64,000 nt of DNA. It comes from Auanema rhodensis. Its lineage: Eukaryota; Animalia; Nematoda. The notes below the pieces were generated by a model. It did not search any database and was not told the DNA's origin. It saw nothing but the letters and a program-made list of their open reading frames with translations. The number at the start of each line of letters is the position of its first letter. Position 1 is the first letter of the stretch. The stretch lies in the NCBI GenBank assembly GCA_964057225.1, contig OZ059895.1:62001-126000 (forward strand), written 5' to 3'. This document shows positions 25,601 to 40,600 of this stretch, in pieces. A program made the position numbers and the translations under genes.

Positions 25601-28600
25601 ACCATGCACCAATATCAATAAAAATTTGTTTTTAGACTAATATAGACATGGGGAATCTAATTTTGAAAACCGCATCTCTTTATCTTTCACGTGAAGCGAG
25701 TTACATACCAAGTGCACATCACGTGTACATTTAATTAGCATAAATTAAAGTTCACGTAAATTTCAAAGTCATGGTTACCATGCACCAATATCAATAAAAA
25801 TTGGTTTTTAGACTAATATGGACATGGGGAATCTAATTTTGAAAATCGCATCTCTTTATCTTTCACGTGAAGCGAGTTACATACCAAGTGCACATCACGT
25901 GTACATTTAATTAGCATAAATTAAAGTTCACGTAAATTTCAAAGTCATGGTTACCATGCACCAATATCAATAAAAATTGGTTTTTAGACTAATATGGACA
26001 TGGGGAATCTAATTTTGAAAATCGCATCTCTTTATCTTTCACGTGAAGCGAGTTACATACCAAGTGCACATCACGTGTACATTTAATTAGCATAAATTAA
26101 AGTTCACGTAAATTTCAAAGTCATGGTTACCATGAACCAATATCAATAAAAATTTGTTTTTAGACTAATATGGACATGGGGAATCTAATTTTGAAAACCG
26201 CATCTGTTTATCTTTCACGTGAAGCGAGTTACATGCCAAGTGCACATCACGTGTACATTTAATTAGCATAAATTAAAGTTCACGTAAATTTCAAAGTCAT
26301 GGTTACCATGCACCAATATCAATAAAAATTGGTTTTTAGACTAATATGGACATGGGGAATCTAATTTTGAAAATCGCATCTCTTTATCTTTCACGTGAAG
26401 CGAGTTACATACCAAGTGCACATCACGTGTACATTTAATTAGCATAAATTAAAGTTCACGTAAATTTCAAAGTCATGGTTACCATGAACCAATATCAATA
26501 AAAATTTGTTTTTAGACTAATATGGACATGGGGAATCTAATTTTGAAAACCGCATCTCTTTATCTTTCACGTGAAGCGAGTTACATGCCAAGTGCACATC
26601 ACGTGTACATTTAATTAGCATAAATTAAAGTTCACGTAAATTTCAAAGTCATGGTTACCATGCACCAATATCAATAAAAATTGGTTTTTAGACTAATATG
26701 GACATGGGGAATCTAATTTTGAAAATCGCATCTCTTTATCTTTCACGTGAAGCGGGTTACATACCAAGTGCACATCACGTGTACATTTAATTAGCATAAA
26801 TTAAAGTTCACGTAAATTTCAAAGTCATGGTTACCATGCACCAATATCAATAAAAATTTGTTTTTAGACTAATATAGACATGGGGGATCTAATTTTGAAA
26901 ACCGCATCTCTTTATCTTTCACGTGAAGCGAGTTACATACCAAGTGCACATCACGTGTACATTTAATTAGCATAAATTAAAGTTCACGTAAATTTCAAAG
27001 TCATGGTTACCATGCACCAATATCAATAAAAATTTGTTTTTAGACTAATATGGACATGGGGAATCTAATTTTGAAAACCGCATCTCTTTATCTTTCACGT
27101 GAAGCGAGTTGCATACCAAGTGCACATCACGTGTACATTTAATTAGCATAAATTAAAGTTCACGTAAATTTCAAAGTCATGGTTACCATGAACCAATATC
27201 AATAAAAATTTGTTTTTAGACTAATATGGACATGGGGAATCTAATTTTGAAAACCGCATCTCTTTATCTTTCACGTGAAGCGAGTTACATACCAAGTGCA
27301 CATCACGTGTACATTTAATTAGCATAAATTAAAGTTCACGTAAATTTCAAAGTCATGGTTACCATGAACCAATATCAATAAAAGTTTGTTTTTAGACTAA
27401 TATGGACATGGGGAATCTAATTTTGAAAACCGCATCTCTTTATCTTTCACGTGAAGCGAGTTACATACAAAGTGCACATCACGTGTACATTTAATTAGCA
27501 TAAATTAAAGTTCACGTAAATTTCAAAGTCATGGTTACCATGCACCAATATCAATAAAAATTTGTTTTTAGACTAATATGGACATGGGGAATCTAATTTT
27601 GAAAATCGCATCTCTTTATCTTTCACGTGAAGCGAGTTACATACCAAGTGCACATCACGTGTACATTTAATTAGCATAAATTAAAGTTCACGTAAATTTC
27701 AAAGTCATGGTTACCATGCACCAATATCAATAAAAATTGGTTTTTAGACTAATATGGACATGGGGAATCTAATTTTGAAAATCGCATCTCTTTATCTTTC
27801 ACGTGAAGCGAGTTACATACCAAGTGCACATCACGTGTACATTTAATTAGCATAAATTAAAGTTCACGTAAATTTCAAAGTCATGGTTACCATGCACCAA
27901 TATCAATAAAAATTGGTTTTTAGACTAATATGGACATGGGGAATCTAATTTTGAAAATCGCATCTCTTTATCTTTCACGTGAAGCGAGTTACATACCAAG
28001 TGCACATCACGTGTACATTTAATTAGCATAAATTAAAGTTCACGTAAATTTCAAAGTCATGGTTACCATGAACCAATATCAATAAAAATTTGTTTTTAGA
28101 CTAATATGGACATGGGGAATCTAATTTTGAAAACCGCATCTCTTTATCTTTCACGTGAAGCGAGTTACATGCCAAGTGCACATCACGTGTACATTTAATT
28201 AGCATAAATTAAAGTTCACGTAAATTTCAAAGTCATGGTTACCATGCACCAATATCAATAAAAATTGGTTTTTAGACTAATATGGACATGGGGAATCTAA
28301 TTTTGAAAATCGCATCTCTTTATCTTTCACGTGAAGCGAGTTACATACCAAGTGCACATCACGTGTACATTTAATTAGCATAAATTAAAGTTCACGTAAA
28401 TTTCAAAGTCATGGTTACCATGCACCAATATCAATAAAAATTGGTTTTTAGACTAATATGGACATGGGGAATCTAATTTTGAAAATCGCATCTCTTTATC
28501 TTTCACGTGAAGCGAGTTACATACCAAGTGCACATCACGTGTACATTTAATTAGCATAAATTAAAGTTCACGTGAATTTCAAAGTCATGGTTACCATGAA

Positions 28601-31600
28601 CCAATATCAATAAAAATTTGTTTTTAGACTAATATGGACATGGGGAATCTAATTTTGAAAACCGCATCTCTTTATCTTTCACGTGAAGCGAGTTACATGC
28701 CAAGTGCACATCACGTGTACATTTAATTAGCATAAATTAAAGTTCACGTAAATTTCAAAGTCATGGTTACCATGCACCAATATCAATAAAAATTGGTTTT
28801 TAGACTAATATGGACATGGGGAATCTAATTTTGAAAATCGCATCTCTTTATCTTTCACGTGAAGCGAGTTACATACCAAGTGCACATCACGTGTACATTT
28901 AATTAGCATAAATTAAAGTTCACGTAAATTTCAAAGTCATGGTTACCATGCACCAATATCAATAAAAATTGGTTTTTAGACTAATATGGACATGGGGAAT
29001 CTAATTTTGAAAATCGCATCTCTTTATCTTTCACGTGAAGCGAGTTACATACCAAGTGCACATCACGTGTACATTTAATTAGCATAAATTAAAGTTCACG
29101 TAAATTTCAAAGTCATGGTTACCATGCACCAATATCAATAAAAATTGGTTTTTAGACTAATATGGACATGGGGAATCTAATTTTGAAAATCGCATCTCTT
29201 TATCTTTCACGTGAAGCGAGTTACATACCAAGTGCACATCACGTGTACATTTAATTAGCATAAATTAAAGTTCACGTAAATTTCAAAGTCATGGTTACCA
29301 TGAACCAATATCAATAAAAATTTGTTTTTAGACTAATATGGACATGGGGAATCTAATTTTGAAAACCGCATCTCTTTATCTTTCACGTGAAGCGAGTTAC
29401 ATGCCAAGTGCACATCACGTGTACATTTAATTAGCATAAATTAAAGTTCACGTAAATTTCAAAGTCATGGTTACCATGCACCAATATCAATAAAAATTGG
29501 TTTTTAGACTAATATGGACATGGGGAATCTAATTTTGAAAATCGCATCTCTTTATCTTTCACGTGAAGCGAGTTACATACCAAGTGCACATCACGTGTAC
29601 ATTTAATTAGCATAAATTAAAGTTCACGTAAATTTCAAAGTCATGGTTACCATGCACCAATATCAATAAAAATTTGTTTTTAGACTAATATGGACATGGG
29701 GAATCTAATTTTGAAAACCGCATCTCTTTATCTTTCACGTGAAGCGAGTTACATACCAAGTGCACATCACGTGTACATTTAATTAGCATAAATTAAAGTT
29801 CACGTAAATTTCAAAGTCATGGTTACCATGAACCAATATCAATAAAAATTTGTTTTTAGACTAATATGGACATGGGGAATCTAATTTTGAAAACCGCATC
29901 TCTTTATCTTTCACGTGAAGCGAGTTACATGCCAAGTGCACATCACGTGTACATTTAATTAGCATAAATTAAAGTTCACGTAAATTTCAAAGTCATGGTT
30001 ACCATGCACCAATATCAATAAAAATTTGTTTTTAGACTAATATGGACATGGGGAATCTAATTTTGAAAATCGCATCTCTTTATCTTTCACGTGAAGCGAG
30101 TTACATACCAAGTGCACATCACGTGTACATTTAATTAGCATAAATTAAAGTTCACGTAAATTTCAAAGTCATGGTTACCATGCACCAATATCAATAAAAA
30201 TTGGTTTTTAGACTAATATGGACATGGGGAATCTAATTTTGAAAATCGCATCTCTTTATCTTTCACGTGAAGCGAGTTACATACCAAGTGCACATCACGT
30301 GTACATTTAATTAGCATAAATTAAAGTTCACGTAAATTTCAAAGTCATGGTTACCATGAACCAATATCAATAAAAATTTGTTTTTAGACTAATATGGACA
30401 TGGGGAATCTAATTTTGAAAACCGCATCTCTTTATCTTTCACGTGAAGCGAGTTACATGCCAAGTGCACATCACGTGTACATTTAATTAGCATAAATTAA
30501 AGTTCACGTAAATTTCAAAGTCATGGTTACCATGCACCAATATCAATAAAAATTGGTTTTTAGACTAATATGGACATGGGGAATCTAATTTTGAAAATCG
30601 CATCTCTTTATCTTTCACGTGAAGCGAGTTACATACCAAGTGCACATCACGTGTACATTTAATTAGCATAAATTAAAGTTCACGTAAATTTCAAAGTCAT
30701 GGTTACCATGAACCAATATCAATAAAAATTTGTTTTTAGACTAATATGGACATGGGGAATCTAATTTTGAAAACCGCATCTCTTTATCTTTCACGTGAAG
30801 CGAGTTACATGCCAAGTGCACATCACGTGTACATTTAATTAGCATAAATTAAAGTTCACGTAAATTTCAAAGTCATGGTTACCATGCACCAATATCAATA
30901 AAAATTGGTTTTTAGACTAATATGGACATGGGGAATCTAATTTTGAAAATCGCATCTCTTTATCTTTCACGTGAAGCGGGTTACATACCAAGTGCACATC
31001 ACGTGTACATTTAATTAGCATAAATTAAAGTTCACGTAAATTTCAAAGTCATGGTTACCATGCACCAATATCAATAAAAATTTGTTTTTAGACTAATATG
31101 GACATGGGGGATCTAATTTTGAAAACCGCATCTCTTTATCTTTCACGTGAAGCGAGTTACATACCAAGTGCACATCACGTGTACATTTAATTAGCATAAA
31201 TTAAAGTTCACGTAAATTTCAAAGTCATGGTTACCATGCACCAATATCAATAAAAATTTGTTTTTAGACTAATATGGACATGGGGAATCTAATTTTGAAA
31301 ACCGCATCTCTTTATCTTTCACGTGAAGCGAGTTGCATACCAAGTGCACATCACGTGTACATTTAATTAGCATAAATTAAAGTTCACGTAAATTTCAAAG
31401 TCATGGTTACCATGAACCAATATCAATAAAAATTTGTTTTTAGACTAATATGGACATGGGGAATCTAATTTTGAAAACCGCATCTCTTTATCTTTCACGT
31501 GAAGCGAGTTACATACCAAGTGCACATCACGTGTACATTTAATTAGCATAAATTAAAGTTCACGTAAATTTCAAAGTCATGGTTACCATGAACCAATATC

Positions 31601-34600
31601 AATAAAAATTTGTTTTTAGACTAATATGGACATGGGGAATCTAATTTTGAAAACCGCATCTCTTTATCTTTCACGTGAAGCGAGTTACATACAAAGTGCA
31701 CATCACGTGTACATTTAATTAGCATAAATTAAAGTTCACGTAAATTTCAAAGTCATGGTTACCATGCACCAATATCAATAAAAATTTGTTTTTAGACTAA
31801 TATGGACATGGGGAATCTAATTTTGAAAACCGCATCTCTTTATCTTTCACGTGAAGCGAGTTACATACCAAGTGCACATCACGTGTACATTTAATTAGCA
31901 TAAATTAAAGTTCACGTAAATTTCAAAGTCATGGTTACCATGCACCAATATCAATAAAAATTGGTTTTTAGACTAATATGGACATGGGGAATCTAATTTT
32001 GAAAATCGCATCTCTTTATCTTTCACGTGAAGCGAGTTACATACCAAGTGCACATCACGTGTACATTTAATTAGCATAAATTAAAGTTCACGTAAATTTC
32101 AAAGTCATGGTTACCATGCACCAATATCAATAAAAATTGGTTTTTAGACTAATATGGACATGGGGAATCTAATTTTGAAAACCGCATCTCTTTATCTTTC
32201 ACGTGAAGCGAGTTACATGCCAAGTGCACATCACGTGTACATTTAATTAGCATAAATTAAAGTTCACGTAAATTTCAAAGTCATGGTTACCATGCACCAA
32301 TATCAATAAAAATTGGTTTTTAGACTAATATGGACATGGGGAATCTAATTTTGAAAATCGCATCTCTTTATCTTTCACGTGAAGCGGGTTACATACCAAG
32401 TGCACATCACGTGTACATTTAATTAGCATAAATTAAAGTTCACGTAAATTTCAAAGTCATGGTTACCATGCACCAATATCAATAAAAATTTGTTTTTAGA
32501 CTAATATGGACATGGGGGATCTAATTTTGAAAACCGCATCTCTTTATCTTTCACGTGAAGCGAGTTACATACCAAGTGCACATCACGTGTACATTTAATT
32601 AGCATAAATTAAAGTTCACGTAAATTTCAAAGTCATGGTTACCATGCACCAATATCAATAAAAATTTGTTTTTAGACTAATATGGACATGGGGAATCTAA
32701 TTTTGAAAACCGCATCTCTTTATCTTTCACGTGAAGCGAGTTGCATACCAAGTGCACATCACGTGTACATTTAATTAGCATAAATTAAAGTTCACGTAAA
32801 TTTCAAAGTCATGGTTACCATGAACCAATATCAATAAAAATTTGTTTTTAGACTAATATGGACATGGGGAATCTAATTTTGAAAACCGCATCTCTTTATC
32901 TTTCACGTGAAGCGAGTTACATACCAAGTGCACATCACGTGTACATTTAATTAGCATAAATTAAAGTTCACGTAAATTTCAAAGTCATGGTTACCATGAA
33001 CCAATATCAATAAAAATTTGTTTTTAGACTAATATGGACATGGGGAATCTAATTTTGAAAACCGCATCTCTTTATCTTTCACGTGAAGCGAGTTACATAC
33101 AAAGTGCACATCACGTGTACATTTAATTAGCATAAATTAAAGTTCACGTAAATTTCAAAGTCATGGTTACCATGCACCAATATCAATAAAAATTGGTTTT
33201 TAGACTAATATGGACATGGGGAATCTAATTTTGAAAACCGCATCTCTTTATCTTTCACGTGAAGCGAGTTGCATACAAAGTGCACATCACGTGTACATTT
33301 AATTAGCATAAATTAAAGTTCACGTAAATTTCAAAGTCATGGTTACCATGCACCAATATCAATAAAAATTTGTTTTTAGACTAATATGGACATGGGGAAT
33401 CTAATTTTGAAAATCGCATCTCTTTATCTTTCACGTGAAGCGAGTTACATACCAAGTGCACATCACGTGTACATTTAATTAGCATAAATTAAAGTTCACG
33501 TAAATTTCAAAGTCATGGTTACCATGCACCAATATCAATAAAAATTGGTTTTTAGACTAATATGGACATGGGGAATCTAATTTTGAAAATCGCATCTCTT
33601 TATCTTTCACGTGAAGCGAGTTACATACCAAGTGCACATCACGTGTACATTTAATTAGCATAAATTAAAGTTCACGTAAATTTCAAAGTCATGGTTACCA
33701 TGCACCAATATCAATAAAAATTGGTTTTTAGACTAATATGGACATGGGGAATCTAATTTTGAAAATCGCATCTCTTTATCTTTCACGTGAAGCGAGTTAC
33801 ATACCAAGTGCACATCACGTGTACATTTAATTAGCATAAATTAAAGTTCACGTAAATTTCAAAGTCATGGTTACCATGAACCAATATCAATAAAAATTTG
33901 TTTTTAGACTAATATGGACATGGGGAATCTAATTTTGAAAACCGCATCTCTTTATCTTTCACGTGAAGCGAGTTACATGCCAAGTGCACATCACGTGTAC
34001 ATTTAATTAGCATAAATTAAAGTTCACGTAAATTTCAAAGTCATGGTTACCATGCACCAATATCAATAAAAATTGGTTTTTAGACTAATATGGACATGGG
34101 GAATCTAATTTTGAAAATCGCATCTCTTTATCTTTCACGTGAAGCGAGTTACATACCAAGTGCACATCACGTGTACATTTAATTAGCATAAATTAAAGTT
34201 CACGTAAATTTCAAAGTCATGGTTACCATGCACCAATATCAATAAAAATTGGTTTTTAGACTAATATGGACATGGGGAATCTAATTTTGAAAATCGCATC
34301 TCTTTATCTTTCACGTGAAGCGAGTTACATACCAAGTGCACATCACGTGTACATTTAATTAGCATAAATTAAAGTTCACGTGAATTTCAAAGTCATGGTT
34401 ACCATGAACCAATATCAATAAAAATTTGTTTTTAGACTAATATGGACATGGGGAATCTAATTTTGAAAACCGCATCTCTTTATCTTTCACGTGAAGCGAG
34501 TTACATGCCAAGTGCACATCACGTGTACATTTAATTAGCATAAATTAAAGTTCACGTAAATTTCAAAGTCATGGTTACCATGCACCAATATCAATAAAAA

Positions 34601-37600
34601 TTGGTTTTTAGACTAATATGGACATGGGGAATCTAATTTTGAAAATCGCATCTCTTTATCTTTCACGTGAAGCGAGTTACATACCAAGTGCACATCACGT
34701 GTACATTTAATTAGCATAAATTAAAGTTCACGTAAATTTCAAAGTCATGGTTACCATGCACCAATATCAATAAAAATTGGTTTTTAGACTAATATGGACA
34801 TGGGGAATCTAATTTTGAAAATCGCATCTCTTTATCTTTCACGTGAAGCGAGTTACATACCAAGTGCACATCACGTGTACATTTAATTAGCATAAATTAA
34901 AGTTCACGTAAATTTCAAAGTCATGGTTACCATGCACCAATATCAATAAAAATTGGTTTTTAGACTAATATGGACATGGGGAATCTAATTTTGAAAATCG
35001 CATCTCTTTATCTTTCACGTGAAGCGAGTTACATACCAAGTGCACATCACGTGTACATTTAATTAGCATAAATTAAAGTTCACGTAAATTTCAAAGTCAT
35101 GGTTACCATGAACCAATATCAATAAAAATTTGTTTTTAGACTAATATGGACATGGGGAATCTAATTTTGAAAACCGCATCTCTTTATCTTTCACGTGAAG
35201 CGAGTTACATGCCAAGTGCACATCACGTGTACATTTAATTAGCATAAATTAAAGTTCACGTAAATTTCAAAGTCATGGTTACCATGCACCAATATCAATA
35301 AAAATTGGTTTTTAGACTAATATGGACATGGGGAATCTAATTTTGAAAATCGCATCTCTTTATCTTTCACGTGAAGCGAGTTACATACCAAGTGCACATC
35401 ACGTGTACATTTAATTAGCATAAATTAAAGTTCACGTAAATTTCAAAGTCATGGTTACCATGAACCAATATCAATAAAAATTTGTTTTTAGACTAATATG
35501 GACATGGGGAATCTAATTTTGAAAACCGCATCTCTTTATCTTTCACGTGAAGCGAGTTACATGCCAAGTGCACATCACGTGTACATTTAATTAGCATAAA
35601 TTAAAGTTCACGTAAATTTCAAAGTCATGGTTACCATGCACCAATATCAATAAAAATTGGTTTTTAGACTAATATGGACATGGGGAATCTAATTTTGAAA
35701 ATCGCATCTCTTTATCTTTCACGTGAAGCGGGTTACATACCAAGTGCACATCACGTGTACATTTAATTAGCATAAATTAAAGTTCACGTAAATTTCAAAG
35801 TCATGGTTACCATGCACCAATATCAATAAAAATTTGTTTTTAGACTAATATGGACATGGGGGATCTAATTTTGAAAACCGCATCTCTTTATCTTTCACGT
35901 GAAGCGAGTTACATACCAAGTGCACATCACGTGTACATTTAATTAGCATAAATTAAAGTTCACGTAAATTTCAAAGTCATGGTTACCATGCACCAATATC
36001 AATAAAAATTTGTTTTTAGACTAATATGGACATGGGGAATCTAATTTTGAAAACCGCATCTCTTTATCTTTCACGTGAAGCGAGTTACATACCAAGTGCA
36101 CATCACGTGTACATTTAATTAGCATAAATTAAAGTTCACGTAAATTTCAAAGTCATGGTTACCATGCACCAATATCAATAAAAATTGGTTTTTAGACTAA
36201 TATGGACATGGGGAATCTAATTTTGAAAATCGCATCTCTTTATCTTTCACGTGAAGCGAGTTACATACCAAGTGCACATCACGTGTACATTTAATTAGCA
36301 TAAATTAAAGTTCACGTAAATTTCAAAGTCATGGTTACCATGCACCAATATCAATAAAAATTGGTTTTTAGACTAATATGGACATGGGGAATCTAATTTT
36401 GAAAATCGCATCTCTTTATCTTTCACGTGAAGCGAGTTACATACCAAGTGCACATCACGTGTACATTTAATTAGCATAAATTAAAGTTCACGTAAATTTC
36501 AAAGTCATGGTTACCATGAACCAATATCAATAAAAATTTGTTTTTAGACTAATATGGACATGGGGAATCTAATTTTGAAAACCGCATCTCTTTATCTTTC
36601 ACGTGAAGCGAGTTACATGCCAAGTGCACATCACGTGTACATTTAATTAGCATAAATTAAAGTTCACGTAAATTTCAAAGTCATGGTTACCATGCACCAA
36701 TATCAATAAAAATTGGTTTTTAGACTAATATGGACATGGGGAATCTAATTTTGAAAATCGCATCTCTTTATCTTTCACGTGAAGCGAGTTACATACCAAG
36801 TGCACATCACGTGTACATTTAATTAGCATAAATTAAAGTTCACGTAAATTTCAAAGTCATGGTTACCATGCACCAATATCAATAAAAATTGGTTTTTAGA
36901 CTAATATGGACATGGGGAATCTAATTTTGAAAATCGCATCTCTTTATCTTTCACGTGAAGCGAGTTACATACCAAGTGCACATCACGTGTACATTTAATT
37001 AGCATAAATTAAAGTTCACGTAAATTTCAAAGTCATGGTTACCATGAACCAATATCAATAAAAATTTGTTTTTAGACTAATATGGACATGGGTAATCTAA
37101 TTTTGAAAACCGCATCTCTTTATCTTTCACGTGAAGCGAGTTACATGCCAAGTGCACATCACGTGTACATTTAATTAGCATAAATTAAAGTTCACGTAAA
37201 TTTCAAAGTCATGGTTACCATGCACCAATATCAATAAAAATTGGTTTTTAGACTAATATGGACATGGGGAATCTAATTTTGAAAATCGCATCTCTTTATC
37301 TTTCACGTGAAGCGAGTTACATACCAAGTGCACAACACGTGTACATTTAATTAGCATAAATTAAAGTTCACGTAAATTTCAAAGTCATGGTTACCATGCA
37401 CCAATATCAATAAAAATTGGTTTTTAGACTAATATGGACATGGGGAATCTAATTTTGAAAATCGCATCTCTTTATCTTTCACGTGAAGCGAGTTACATAC
37501 CAAGTGCACATCACGTGTACATTTAATTAGCATAAATTAAAGTTCACGTAAATTTCAAAGTCATGGTTACCAAGCACCAATATCAATAAAAATTGGTTTT

Positions 37601-40600
37601 TAGACTAATATGGACATGGGGAATCTAATTTTGAAAATCGCATCTCTTTATCTTTCACGTGAAGCGAGTTACATACCAAGTGCACATCACGTGTACATTT
37701 AATTAGCATAAATTAAAGTTCACGTAAATTTCAAAGTCATGGTTACCATGAACCAATATCAATAAAAATTTGTTTTTAGACTAATATGGACATGGGGAAT
37801 CTAATTTTGAAAACCGCATCTCTTTATCTTTCACGTGAAGCGAGTTACATGCCAAGTGCACATCACGTGTACAATTAATTAGCATAAATTAAAGTTCACG
37901 TAAATTTCAAAGTCATGGTTACCATGCACCAATATCAATAAAAATTGGTTTTTAGACTAATATGGACATGGGGAATCTAATTTTGAAAATCGCATCTCTT
38001 TATCTTTCACGTGAAGCGAGTTACATACCAAGTGCACATCACGTGTACATTTAATTAGCATAAATTAAAGTTCACGTAAATTTCAAAGTCATGGTTACCA
38101 TGCACCAATATCAATAAAAATTGGTTTTTAGACTAATATGGACATGGGGAATCTAATTTTGAAAATCGCATCTCTTTATCTTTCACGTGAAGCGAGTTAC
38201 ATACCAAGTGCACATCACGTGTACATTTAATTAGCATAAATTAAAGTTCACGTAAATTTCAAAGTCATGGTTACCATGAACCAATATCAATAAAAATTTG
38301 TTTTTAGACTAATATGGACATGGGGAATCTAATTTTGAAAACCGCATCTCTTTATCTTTCACGTGAAGCGAGTTACATGCCAAGTGCACATCACGTGTAC
38401 ATTTAATTAGCATAAATTAAAGTTCACGTAAATTTCAAAGTCATGGTTACCATGCACCAATATCAATAAAAATTGGTTTTTAGACTAATATGGACATGGG
38501 GAATCTAATTTTGAAAATCGCATCTCTTTATCTTTCACGTGAAGCGAGTTACATACCAAGTGCACATCACGTGTACATTTAATTAGCGTAAATTAAAGTT
38601 CACGTAAATTTCAAAGTCATGGTTACCATGAACCAATATCAATAAAAATTTGTTGTTAGACTAATATGGACATGGGGAATCTAATTTTGAAAACCGAATC
38701 TCTTTATCTTTCACGTGAAGCGAGTTACATACCAAGTGCACATCACGTGTACATTTAATTAGCATAAATTAAAGTTCACGTAAATTTCAAAGTCATGGTT
38801 ACCATGCACCAATATCAATAAAAATTGGTTTTTAGACTAATATGGACATGGGGAATCTAATTTTGAAAATCGCATCTCTTTATCTTTCACGTGAAGCGAG
38901 TTACATACCAAGTGCACATCACGTGTACATTTAATTAGCATAAATTAAAGTTCACGTAAATTTCAAAGTCATGGTTACCATGCACCAATATCAATAAAAA
39001 TTGGTTTTTAGACTAATATGGACATGGGGAATCTAATTTTGAAAATCGCATCTCTTTATCTTTCACGTGAAGCGAGTTACATACCAAGTGCACATCACGT
39101 GTACATTTAATTAGCATAAATTAAAGTTCACGTAAATTTCAAAGTCATGGTTACCATGCACCAATATCAATAAAAATTGGTTTTTAGACTAATATGGACA
39201 TGGGGAATCTAATTTTGAAAATCGCATCTCTTTATCTTTCACGTGAAGCGAGTTACATACCAAGTGCACATCACGTGTACATTTAATTAGCATAAATTAA
39301 AGTTCACGTAAATTTCAAAGTCATGGTTACCATGAACCAATATCAATAAAAATTTGTTTTTAGACTAATATGGACATGGGGAATCTAATTTTGAAAATCG
39401 CATCTCTTTATCTTTCACGTGAAGCGAGTTACATACCAAGTGCACATCACGTGTACATTTAATTAGCATAAATTAAAGTTCACGTAAATTTCAAAGTCAT
39501 GGTTACCATGAACCAATATCAATAAAAATTTGTTTTTAGACTAATATGGACATGGGGAATCTAATTTTGAAAACCGCATCTCTCTATCTTTCACGTGAAG
39601 CGAGTTACATACCAAGTGCACATCACGTGTACATTTAATTAGCATAAATTAAAGTTCACGTAAATTTCAAAGTCATGGTTACCATGCACCAATATCAATA
39701 AAAATTTGTTGTTAGACTAATATGGACATGGGGAATCTAATTTTGAAAACCGCATCTCTTTATCTTTCACGTGAAGCGAGTTACATACCAAGTGCACATC
39801 ACGTGTACATTTAATTAGCATAAATTAAAGTTCACATAAATTTCAAAGTCATGGTTACCATGCACCAATATCAATAAAAATTGGTTTTTAGACTAATATG
39901 GACATGGGGAATCTAATTTTGAAAATCGCATCTCTTTATCTTTCACGTGAAGCGAGTTACATACCAAGTGCACATCACGTGTACATTTAGTTAGCATAAA
40001 TTAAAGTTCACGTAAATTTCAAAGTCATGGTTACCATGCACCAATATCAATAAAAATTGGTTTTTAGACTAATATGGACATGGGGAATCTAATTTTGAAA
40101 ATCGCATCTCTTTATCTTTCACGTGAAGCGAGTTACATACCAAGTGCACATCACGTGTACATTTAATTAGCATAAATTAAAGTTCACGTAAATTTCAAAG
40201 TCATGGTTACCATGAACCAATATCAATAAAAATTTGTTTTTAGACTAATATGGACATGGGGAATCTAATTTTGAAAACCGCATCTCTCTATCTTTCACGT
40301 GAAGCGAGTTACATACCAAGTGCACATCACGTGTACATTTAATTAGCATAAATTAAAGTTCACGTAAATTTCAAAGTCATGGTTACCATGCACCAATATC
40401 AATAAAAATTGGTTTTTAGACTAATATGGACATGGGGAATCTAATTTTGAAAATCGCATCTCTTTATCTTTCACGTGAAGCGAGTTACATACCAAGTGCA
40501 CATCACGTGTACATTTAGTTAGCATAAATTAAAGTTCACGTAAATTTCAAAGTCATGGTTACCATGAACCAATATCAATAAAAATTTGTTTTTAGACTAA

